NCBI GenBank assembly: GCA_034440375.1
Contig: JAWXBZ010000235.1
Location: 29,563 to 93,562 of the forward strand
Direction: 5' to 3'
Length of the DNA: 64,000 nucleotides
Source of the DNA: Candidatus Eiseniibacteriota bacterium
GTDB taxonomy: Bacteria > Eisenbacteria > RBG-16-71-46 > JABDJR01 > JAWXBZ01
Shown: piece by piece, positions 56,556 to 64,000 of the stretch
Numbering within the stretch: position 1 is the stretch's first letter
Layout of the letters: each line of letters begins with the position of its first letter
Notes under the pieces: model-generated
The model's input: only the letters and a program-made list of their open reading frames with translations
Told to the model about the DNA's origin: nothing
The model's database searches: none
Made by a program: the position numbers and the translations under genes

Positions 56556-57434
56556 CTACTTCGACTTCTTCCACTCGGCGATCAACACTTCCATCTTGGC
56601 CATCTCCTCCGGGGGCGCCTCCGACTTCTTGCCCGCCTCGATGCACTTCTTTGCGTGCTCGATGGCTCCCTTTTTGTCACCTGCCGCCGCCAGCATGTTG
56701 GCCTTCAGGCGATGGTTCAGCCAGGTCGGCTTGATGGCGATCGATTTGTCCACCCACATCGCGGCCTCGTCCAGCGCCACCTTGTTGTCGAAGGCAAACG
56801 CGGCGGCGCGATAGGCCGTGGTGCTGTCGGTGGGCGAGAGGGAGGCCATGGCCTTCCGGGCGCTGGCCAGGGCCGTCTCGATCGTTGACACCTCGATGGT
56901 GAGAGGCACGCGCTTCTTTTCCCAGTCCAGGGCCAGGAGCGCCTTCTCGTTCGTCACCTCGGGAATGCTGAACATCATCCATTCGATCATGTCGTGCGAG
57001 ACGGGTGTAACGGTCACCCGCAGGGCATCGCTCTTCTGGTCATAGTCGTAGCTCCCCCAGAGATCGGCCGACTTGTTGAAGATGATCGTCCAGTCGCCGG
57101 CCGTGGGAATGGTGTGCAGGCTGTACTCGCCCGCCGGCAGCATCTGGCCGTTGATCTTGACGTCGGTCGAGAAGGTGATCGCGGTGGCCTCATTGGCTCC
57201 GGTGCGCCACACCTGGTCATACGGAACGAGTCCGCCCCAGATGGCGCGCCCTTTGACGCCTGGCCGGCTGTAGACGATCTTGACGTCGGTCAGCCCGATC
57301 CGCTGCTCCAGCGTCGACTTCTGGCTTGGACGGGGGAGCTGAAGCGTCGGGGCGGCGGACTGCGCGGTGACGATCGGGGCCGCAAGGCCCAGCAGGGCAA
57401 AGGCTGTGAGGGTGGTCGCAAGTGTGCGCGTCAT
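56556..57434 (-). CDS. DUF2911-domain exported protein with C-terminal TPR-like helical region
   Basis: Signal MTRTLATTLTAFALLGLAAPIVTAQS. DUF2911 core (RTGANEATAITFSTDVKINGQMLPAGEYSLHTIPTAGDWTIIFN). ATG at 57434. Confidence 0.6.
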   Translation of the reverse strand: MTRTLATTLTAFALLGLAAPIVTAQSAAPTLQLPRPSQKSTLEQRIGLTDVKIVYSRPGVKGRAIWGGLVPYDQVWRTGANEATAITFSTDVKINGQMLPAGEYSLHTIPTAGDWTIIFNKSADLWGSYDYDQKSDALRVTVTPVSHDMIEWMMFSIPEVTNEKALLALDWEKKRVPLTIEVSTIETALASARKAMASLSPTDSTTAYRAAAFAFDNKVALDEAAMWVDKSIAIKPTWLNHRLKANMLAAAGDKKGAIEHAKKCIEAGKKSEAPPEEMAKMEVLIAEWKKSK

Positions 57435-57469
57435 GTGTTTCACGATTGGTTTTACCTCCTGAATCAGGT

Positions 57470-58132
57470 TTAGTTGTACGTGGCCGAAAGACGAATAGCG
57501 AATGCCGATCCGGTGATGTCCTGGTCTTCGTTGTCCGTGGGAATGGAATAGAGATTGAGCCCCGCGGCCACGCCGAGCCCCCACTTGTTTCCGACCCACC
57601 ACTCTTTTCCGATCGTGAGGTCGACTGCGATGCCGGTGTCGGACTCTTCCTCATCGCGGTCAAGCTCCAGCGTCATGGTGGCGGCGCACAGCGAACCCGA
57701 CAGGTACAGGTTGACGGGCATGAAATAGTAGGTGAGGCCGGGCCCGAACATCGAGAGGCTCATCAAGGCGTCGTCGGTGTCACCCTTGAATCCACCGATC
57801 TCGACGTCCGGATTGCTGACGCTCCATCCCCCCAGCGTGGCATGCAGCGCCAGGTTTCGACTGACCGTCCCGCCGATCGCGAAGTTGACATCGCCGGATG
57901 TTCCGGACAGCTTCAGATCCCCGCTCGGAAGCTCTGGAAACCGCCTGAACACATCGTCAAATGTCGCGCTCGCCGCCCCCGCGCCCGCCGAGAGCCGCAG
58001 AAAAAAAGCCTTGTCATGCTGCCGCGGCTCGTTGGCCCGGGCGGGCATGACCGCAAGGAGGCCCCCGAAGAGGCCCAGAACAAGCTTGTGGCTGACATTC
58101 AGCCGGGCCAAGAACCCACTGGATCGACTCAT
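57470..58132 (-). CDS. Outer-membrane beta-barrel protein (porin/OmpA-like barrel family) with signal peptide
   Basis: Signal MSRSSGFLARLNVSHKLVLGLFGGLLAVMPARA. Alternating hydrophobic beta-strand pattern. About 220 aa. Ends ...RLSATYN. Confidence 0.55.
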   Translation of the reverse strand: MSRSSGFLARLNVSHKLVLGLFGGLLAVMPARANEPRQHDKAFFLRLSAGAGAASATFDDVFRRFPELPSGDLKLSGTSGDVNFAIGGTVSRNLALHATLGGWSVSNPDVEIGGFKGDTDDALMSLSMFGPGLTYYFMPVNLYLSGSLCAATMTLELDRDEEESDTGIAVDLTIGKEWWVGNKWGLGVAAGLNLYSIPTDNEDQDITGSAFAIRLSATYN

Positions 58133-58254
58133 CGAAGCCCCCTCCTGATACGTCCGGTCACCGGCCCAAGTCAGCGGGCCGGCAGGGATGATAGGGAGGG
58201 GGATGGGGGGTGTCCAGCGGTTGGGTGGGACAGGATCAGCCGATACCGAACGCG

Positions 58255-58464
58255 CTAAGCAGCCTGCCCGCTCTCCGGGCGTGGTGGGCGGGGGGGATGG
58301 TTCACCGGAACCCTACCCGCCTCCCGCTGACGCTGGCGCAACTGCTCACAAAGGGCATGGAGATCGCCGCCGAATTCCTTGACAATTCGATCGCGCGTGG
58401 CATGGATCTCGGCGACAATCGGGTCCACCCACGGGACCTGCCGTTCGTCAGGGGATGTCGACAT
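58255..58464 (-). CDS. small hypothetical protein downstream of and overlapping a PIN-domain gene (possible reverse-order antitoxin-like partner)
   Basis: 69-aa ORF. Its start overlaps the stop region of the PIN gene by 17 nt. No recognisable family. Confidence 0.3.
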   Translation of the reverse strand: MSTSPDERQVPWVDPIVAEIHATRDRIVKEFGGDLHALCEQLRQRQREAGRVPVNHPPRPPRPESGQAA

Positions 58465-58945
58465 CTGAGGACTCCTCTCCCATCAATTCATCTGGCGTAC
58501 ACAAGATAGGTGGCTCGTACCCAGCGCGCCGACACACGGCTTCGACGACCGGTCGTTTTTCCGCGTTCGCGATGTGAGCCGAGTTCCAAGTCAGCAGGTA
58601 CGAAGCGCCCTGGCTGGCCGCAATGGCGATGTGCACTGCATCCGCCCGGGCCCTTGCGGGAAGGGCGGCACCCGACAACAAGGCTGCTGCGAGTCTCTCA
58701 GCCTCGGGAGCTATTTCGACCGAGCGCAGGCCCGCCAGAACTCCCGCCCGCCGGGCAGCAGCGTTTGGGTCGCCGTCCGCGCATTCGAGATGCACCAATT
58801 CCGATACCACAAGGTCGAAAGCAGCGCGACGACGGTCCCACCACTCCCGTGTCAGTTGCTGTCGCCCCGCCACGATCACGTCCCGTGATGGCAACGCAAC
58901 CAGATAGCTGATCACCGACGTCTCCAGATACACAAGCGCAGCCAT
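58448..58945 (-). CDS. PIN-domain protein (VapC-like nuclease fold)
   Basis: N-terminus MAALVYLETSVISYLV. C-terminal ...DAVHIAIAASQGASYLLTWNSAHIAN, typical PIN acidic-residue contexts. Confidence 0.55.
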   Translation of the reverse strand: MAALVYLETSVISYLVALPSRDVIVAGRQQLTREWWDRRRAAFDLVVSELVHLECADGDPNAAARRAGVLAGLRSVEIAPEAERLAAALLSGAALPARARADAVHIAIAASQGASYLLTWNSAHIANAEKRPVVEAVCRRAGYEPPILCTPDELMGEESSDVDIP

Positions 58946-59435
58946 AGCACAAGTTTACTCCAGGGAGCAGGATCCTGGTACTGTCGGGACTCTCTTGATC
59001 AACAGGCTCTGGACGCCTCAGAACCGAATGCGGTAAGACTCGCCCATGGCGCGAATTACGATTGGAGCGATATCGGGCAAGGGGCGCAAGCTGAGTCGCC
59101 AGCGGCGATTGCGCCAGATCAAATTGGCACGACGGTATGCTGTTGCCGTCGAGGGAGCGACAGGTACAGATCCAAAGTCGGATCTCCTTGCGGCGTTTGA
59201 TGCATGCGTTGGGGTATGGGAGGGTAGAAGGGACCTAGGCTCCACGCGCCAATATGTTCGGCGCCTGCGTCGCGGGTCAGGACGCCGATGGCGGATTTCC
59301 AGGGGGTGAGGCTACCCCCCCCCGGCACCGGTTTCCAGAGTTGGGACTCCCATACAAGGTCACACCCCACAGAAACCGGTTGAGCGCTCCGCCTCCCTGT
59401 GCTAAGTTCTTCCGTCCGTTAAACTACGCGGGCCC

Positions 59436-59527
<92 letters not shown>

Positions 59528-59581
59528 GATGAAATGAGTACGGGGGTGGACCGGGAGTTCCTGCCTGGTCGGCCTCTTTCC

Positions 59582-59671
59582 GTGAAACTTCGGAGAGGTG
59601 TCCGAGTGGCTCAAGGAGCACGCTTGGAAAGCGTGTATACGGGTAACCGTATCGAGGGTTCGAATCCCTCT
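59582..59671 (+). tRNA. tRNA-Ser (anticodon GGA), long variable arm, CCA encoded
   Basis: Acceptor GGAGAGG/CCTCTCC. Anticodon loop TT-GGA-AA. T-loop TTCGAAT. 90 nt. Confidence 0.85.
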
Positions 59672-59729
59672 CTCTCCGCCACCATGTCAGGCCAGTCGGG
59701 GCGCCCGAAGGGGCGCCCTCAGGATTCGA

Positions 59730-59805
59730 TGGGGATGTAGCTCAGCTGGGAGAGCGCCTCGTTCGCAACGAGGAGGTCGACGGTTCGATCCCGTTCATCT
59801 CCACC
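59730..59805 (+). tRNA. tRNA-Ala (anticodon CGC) with G3:U70, CCA encoded
   Basis: Acceptor GGGGATG/CATCTCC with G3-T70. Anticodon loop TT-CGC-AA. T-loop TTCGATC. 76 nt. Confidence 0.85.
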
Positions 59806-59816
59806 AAGATGTGTTG

Positions 59817-59856
59817 ACGGGCTCCGGTCCCATGGGGGCCGGGGCCCGTTGGTTTT
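59817..59856 (+). terminator. GC-rich hairpin followed by T-run after the tRNA cluster (putative intrinsic terminator or processing hairpin)
   Basis: CGGGCTCCGGTCCC-AT-GGGGGCCGGGGCCCG forms an extended GC stem (one G-U), followed by TTGGTTTTTCC. Confidence 0.4.
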
Positions 59857-59858
59857 TC

Positions 59859-60140
<282 letters not shown>

Positions 60141-60226
60141 AAACTACTTCAGCCGGCTGTTCGCCGGCTGATGCTCCTTAGGTTTTTGGTACTGTGTCAT
60201 CGGCTGTCTCCGCGAGGGTATGACCC

Positions 60227-61972
60227 ATGGCTTACGTAGTCCTAGCAAGAAAATGGCGCCCCCAACGCTTCGAGGACGTCGTCGGCCAGGAGCACATCAC
60301 CGGCACGCTGGCCAACGCCATCTCCCAGAACCGGGTGGCCCACGGCTACCTCTTCTGCGGCCCGCGCGGCGTCGGCAAGACGACCACCGCCCGTATCCTG
60401 GCCAAGGCCCTGAACTGTGAAAAGGGGCCGACCCCCACGCCCTGCAACCAGTGCTCCGTCTGTCGCGATGTCGACCAGGGAACCAGCTTTGACATTCTCG
60501 AGGTCGATGGCGCTTCCACTCGAGGCATCGACGACATTCGCGAATTGCGCGACAACGTCCGCTATACCCCGGCCGGCGGACGGACCAAGGTCTACATCAT
60601 CGACGAAGTGCACATGCTCACGCGCGAGGCGTTCAACGCGCTGCTCAAGACGCTCGAGGAGCCACCGCCGCATGTCGTCTTCGTCATGGCCACCACCGAG
60701 GCCTTCAAGGTGCCGGCCACGATCCTTTCCCGCTGCCAGCGTTTCGACTTCGCCCGCATTCATCCCCGGGCGGTCGTGGGTCGCCTGAAGCACATCTGCC
60801 AGGCGGAGGGGATCACGATTGACGACGACGCCGTGGCGATCCTGGCCAGGCGTTCGGCCGGCGGGCTGCGCGATGCGCTCTCCTCGCTCGACCAGGTGCT
60901 GGCCTCCTCCCCCGACGCCACCGACATCAAGATCACCGAGGCCATGGTTGATCGGGTACTCGGTATCCTCTCCAGCGATTTCTACTTCGGCATCACCGAC
61001 AGGTTGATCGACGGCGATGCCGCCGGCGCGCTGCAGCTGTTGGATGACGCCTGGCATGGCGGGGCGGATCTATCGGAAGTCACCGAGGAGATGGCCCGCC
61101 ATTTTCGCAACGTCATGGTGACCTCGATCAGCGCCGGATCCGATGCCACGCTCGATGACCTGGGGCCGCACGAGATCGCCCGGCTGCGGGAACAGGCCGG
61201 CCGGCTGTCGCCAACCGCGGCGGCGCGCCTGCTCGAGGTGTCGCTGCGCACCTTGAACCTGGCCCGGCGCAGCGAGCAGATCCGTCTCCACCTGGAGATC
61301 TCGCTGGTCGAGTTGAGCCAGGTCAGCCGCGCCCTCTCGCTGGGCGAAGTGGCGAAACGATTGTCGGAAATGGAGCAGCGGCTCGGTGGCGCGCCACCCA
61401 TGCCGGCGGCCGCGCCTCCGGGCGCGCCGGCAGCCGCGCCGCGGGCAACAGCTCCAGCAACACCGCTGGCTAATCTCCCGCCAACACCGCCGTCCACACC
61501 GGCCGAGCCGGTCATCACCCGGGCGCCCGGGGATGCCGCATCGCTCTGGAAACGGGCTGTCGGCGTGGTGATGGAGCGGCGGAAGGCGATCGGCTTTTTC
61601 TTGGCCGGCAGCCAGGCCAGCGGTTTCGACGCCGGCGGAAAGTTGATCGTGGCGCCGGATTCCGGCGATCCGATGTCACGCGAGCATCTCGAAGATCCGG
61701 ACAACCGTCGCTACGTCGAAGAGGTGTTGCGCGAATTGTCCGGCGCGGCAATCAAGTATCGCGTCGAGGAGGCACGAGGACCATCGTCGAAAGCGGTGAA
61801 ACCGGCGGCAAAGGTTCCGGCGCCGGTGACGCCGGAGTCGATCGGGTCCCGACCCCCGTCACCGGCGCCCGACGAGTCGTCGGCGGCCGTGGAGGCACCG
61901 GCAACATCCCCAATGGACCATCCGATCATCCAGAAGGCTCTCGAACTCTTTGATGGAGAGATCACGTCATGA
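60227..61972 (+). CDS. dnaX: DNA polymerase III subunit gamma/tau
   Basis: Starts MAYVVLARKWRPQRFEDVVGQEHI. Walker A GPRGVGKTT. Zn module CNQCSVC. Pro/Ala-rich linker and C-terminal tau region. Confidence 0.9.
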   Translation: MAYVVLARKWRPQRFEDVVGQEHITGTLANAISQNRVAHGYLFCGPRGVGKTTTARILAKALNCEKGPTPTPCNQCSVCRDVDQGTSFDILEVDGASTRGIDDIRELRDNVRYTPAGGRTKVYIIDEVHMLTREAFNALLKTLEEPPPHVVFVMATTEAFKVPATILSRCQRFDFARIHPRAVVGRLKHICQAEGITIDDDAVAILARRSAGGLRDALSSLDQVLASSPDATDIKITEAMVDRVLGILSSDFYFGITDRLIDGDAAGALQLLDDAWHGGADLSEVTEEMARHFRNVMVTSISAGSDATLDDLGPHEIARLREQAGRLSPTAAARLLEVSLRTLNLARRSEQIRLHLEISLVELSQVSRALSLGEVAKRLSEMEQRLGGAPPMPAAAPPGAPAAAPRATAPATPLANLPPTPPSTPAEPVITRAPGDAASLWKRAVGVVMERRKAIGFFLAGSQASGFDAGGKLIVAPDSGDPMSREHLEDPDNRRYVEEVLRELSGAAIKYRVEEARGPSSKAVKPAAKVPAPVTPESIGSRPPSPAPDESSAAVEAPATSPMDHPIIQKALELFDGEITS

Positions 61973-62280
61973 AGTTCAACAGCATGATGAAGCAGGCGCA
62001 GGCCATGCAGTCCAAGATGGCCAAGATGCAGGACGAACTGGCCGCAATGGAGATCGAGGGAACGGCCGGCGGCGGCATGGTTTCCCTCAAGATGAATGGC
62101 AAGCAGGAAGTGCTCTCGATCAAGATCAAGCCGGAAGTGGTTAGTCCGGAAGACGTGGACGGCCTCGAGGATCTGATCATGGCCGCCTACAACGATGCGA
62201 AGGATCGCGCCGCCGTGCTCATGGAGGAACACATGAAGAAGGCCACCGGCGGGCTCGGCCTGCCGCCGGGTCTTTTCTAG
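61969..62280 (+). CDS. ybaB: YbaB/EbfC family nucleoid-associated protein
   Basis: MKFNSMMKQAQAMQSKMAKMQDELAAMEIEGTAGGGMVSLKMNGKQEVLSIKI is a typical YbaB sequence. ATGA overlap with dnaX. Confidence 0.9.
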   Translation: MKFNSMMKQAQAMQSKMAKMQDELAAMEIEGTAGGGMVSLKMNGKQEVLSIKIKPEVVSPEDVDGLEDLIMAAYNDAKDRAAVLMEEHMKKATGGLGLPPGLF

Positions 62281-62292
62281 GCCGCCGGACTG

Positions 62293-62898
62293 TTGATGCA
62301 GTACTCCAGCCGTATCGTCGAACAGCTTGTCGAGGAACTGGCACGTCTACCCGGCATTGGGAAAAAGACGGCCCAGCGCCTGGCGTTCCATCTCCTGCGA
62401 ACTTCGCGGGAGGAAGCGCTTCGGTTGTCGGATGCCGTGCGCGCGCTCAAGGAACGGGTCGATGCCTGCACGATCTGCGGCAACATCACCGAGGAAGAAC
62501 CCTGTCTCATCTGCCGGGATCCGCGGCGGGACAAGGACGTCATCTGCGTCGTCGAGACGCCGGTCGACGTCGTGGCAGTGGAGCAGTCGGGGGCCTTTCG
62601 GGGCCAGTATCACGTGCTCGGCGGTGCCATCAATCCGCTGGACAACGTCGGGCCTGATGACATCCGGGCACACGAGCTCGTCGAACGTGTGCGCATGCAC
62701 CCCACCCGGGAGGTGATCCTGGCCACCAATCCCAACCCGGCCGGTGAAGTCACCGCCAGTTACCTGGCGGAACTCCTAGGCCCTTCGGGCGTCATCGTGA
62801 CGCGGATTGCGCGCGGCGTGCCGGTCGGCAGCGACATCGAATATTCCGATCAGGCGACGCTCGCCCGCGCGCTGGAAGGTCGGAAGGGATTGTCGTGA
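62293..62898 (+). CDS. recR: Recombination protein RecR
   Basis: HhH LARLPGIGKKTAQRLAFHLL. Zn finger C-x2-C...C-x2-C (CTICGNITEEEPCLICRD). Toprim region. Confidence 0.9.
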   Translation: MMQYSSRIVEQLVEELARLPGIGKKTAQRLAFHLLRTSREEALRLSDAVRALKERVDACTICGNITEEEPCLICRDPRRDKDVICVVETPVDVVAVEQSGAFRGQYHVLGGAINPLDNVGPDDIRAHELVERVRMHPTREVILATNPNPAGEVTASYLAELLGPSGVIVTRIARGVPVGSDIEYSDQATLARALEGRKGLS

Positions 62899-62917
62899 GG
62901 GGACGGAAGGGACCATC

Positions 62918-63442
62918 ATGAAGGGCCCCCGATCGTTCGATGGGCCAAGGGCGCCGCTCGTAGCACGGTTGATTGCCACGGTTGGCCACACCGGATTCTT
63001 CCCCTGGGCGCCGGCCACGCTGGCCAGCCTGATCGTGGCGGCGGTCTACTTCATTCTGCCGCCGCTGGCGATATGGGTGCAGGCGATCGCGCTGGTCGTC
63101 GTCACACTGGTCGGTATCATTACGGCCACGATGATGGAGCAGGAGCTGGGGCATGACGCCGGTCCGATCGTCATCGACGAAGTGGCTGGCATGATCATGA
63201 CCTACCTGCTCGTGCCGATTCCCGAGGCGATGATGGCGAAACTGGCGGTGCTCGGCGCCGGCTTTGTCTTCTTCCGCATTTTCGACATTTTCAAGCCCTG
63301 GCCCGTGGCGCAGTTTCAGAACCTGCCCGCCGGGCGCGGCGTTGTGGCCGACGACATCATGGCCGGCCTCTACTCGAACATCGCGCTGCAGGGGCTGCTG
63401 GCTCTTGGCTTCCTGCGATGGATTTCAGGCGTCATCGGATGA
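62918..63442 (+). CDS. pgpA: Phosphatidylglycerophosphatase A
   Basis: PgpA motifs (GFFPWAPATLASL...IDEVAGM...FRIFDIFKPWP). Confidence 0.8.
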   Translation: MKGPRSFDGPRAPLVARLIATVGHTGFFPWAPATLASLIVAAVYFILPPLAIWVQAIALVVVTLVGIITATMMEQELGHDAGPIVIDEVAGMIMTYLLVPIPEAMMAKLAVLGAGFVFFRIFDIFKPWPVAQFQNLPAGRGVVADDIMAGLYSNIALQGLLALGFLRWISGVIG

Positions 63443-64000
63443 GCCACCCCGCCGCATCGGGCCTGGCGGCGGTCGAGATCCTGGCGATCGGCAACGAACT
63501 CCTCGCCGGCGACATTCTCGACACCAACTTCCAGGCCCTGGCCCGGGCGCTGCGTGATGTCGGTGCCGTCGTGACGCGTCACCTGACGCTGCCGGACGAG
63601 CGGCCGATCATTGCGGCGGCCGTCGCGGAATCGATCACCCGGGCCGATGCGGTCATTGTGACCGGTGGGCTTGGACCGACACCCGATGATGTGACCCGCT
63701 TTGGTGTGGCGGACGGACTCGGCGTGGCCCTCGTTCATGATGACGCGGCGCTCGAGGTGATCCGCGAGCGTTTTCGTCGATTCGGCGTCGGCACGATGCC
63801 GGTGATCAATTCGGTGCAGGCGCTGTTCCCGGCCGGTGCCGTCATCCTGGACAATCCCAATGGATCGGCGGCCGGATTTCGTTGCGATGGTTCGGGCGCG
63901 CGTCGCGCGACGGCATTCGTATTGCCCGGCCCGCCGGGGGAACTCGTGCCGATGGTCACGGCGCACCTGATCCCCTGGTTTACCGCGCGTGCCGGGACCA
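63439..64000 (+). CDS. cinA: CinA-like competence/damage-inducible protein, N-terminal MoCF-biosynthesis (MoaB/MogA-like) domain; 3' end truncated by the window edge
   Basis: ATGA overlap with pgpA. VEILAIGNELLAGDILDTNFQALARALRDVGAVV...AVIVTGGLGPTPDDVT is typical of the CinA N-domain. No stop before the window end. Confidence 0.75.
   Translation, partial: MSHPAASGLAAVEILAIGNELLAGDILDTNFQALARALRDVGAVVTRHLTLPDERPIIAAAVAESITRADAVIVTGGLGPTPDDVTRFGVADGLGVALVHDDAALEVIRERFRRFGVGTMPVINSVQALFPAGAVILDNPNGSAAGFRCDGSGARRATAFVLPGPPGELVPMVTAHLIPWFTARAGT

Noticed and set aside
59813-59858. Treating the GC hairpin after tRNA-Ala as part of the SRP RNA
   Set aside because: The hairpin plus T-run looks like a terminator or processing signal. 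SRP RNA homology with the B. subtilis scRNA starts only at about 59859 and was kept as a separate feature.
60227-61972. Programmed -1 frameshift site in dnaX (gamma versus tau)
   Set aside because: No A-AAA-AAG-type slippery heptamer seen in the gene. Not supported.

Overview
High-GC (about 65-68%) bacterial chromosomal segment with about 55 tightly packed genes on both strands. Gene content points to a Gram-negative member of the FCB-like superphylum, possibly Gemmatimonadota-like; this placement is a guess. The pointers are two large FG-GAP proteins ending in T9SS/Por-type C-terminal sorting domains, a TolB-propeller Ser/Thr kinase, a YpdA-family reductase and a long Bacillus-type SRP RNA. 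Most of the window is housekeeping: two M16 peptidases, cysteine desulfurase plus MnmA, Uup, tadA, and dnaX-ybaB-recR-pgpA-cinA. A complete arginine operon lies on the minus strand (argR-argC-argB::argD fusion-argG-argH::GNAT fusion), followed by an internally deleted, catalytically dead OTCase-like remnant. RNA genes found: tRNA-Ser(GCU), tRNA-Arg(ACG), a tRNA-Ser(CGA)/Ser(GGA)/Ala(CGC) cluster, and a long (Alu-domain) SRP RNA immediately upstream of dnaX. The most interesting item is a signal-peptide thioredoxin_7-like::TPR gene (39538..40965, minus). Its redox motif reads WAPW-[TGA]-HSC with an in-frame TGA exactly where the first Cys belongs and an intact downstream frame, so it is either a UxxC selenoprotein or a very recent pseudogene. 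Other oddities: an acyltransferase-3 remnant with an in-frame TAG; a truncated TPR gene beside tRNA-Ser; two about 75% identical secreted cyclophilin paralogs flanking a 6PF2K-like P-loop gene; an eRF1-like (baeRF) protein with a Zn ribbon; a 48-aa membrane ORF overlapping the start of an SSF symporter; and VapBC plus a second PIN locus. No CRISPR array, transposase, integrase or phage genes were seen.
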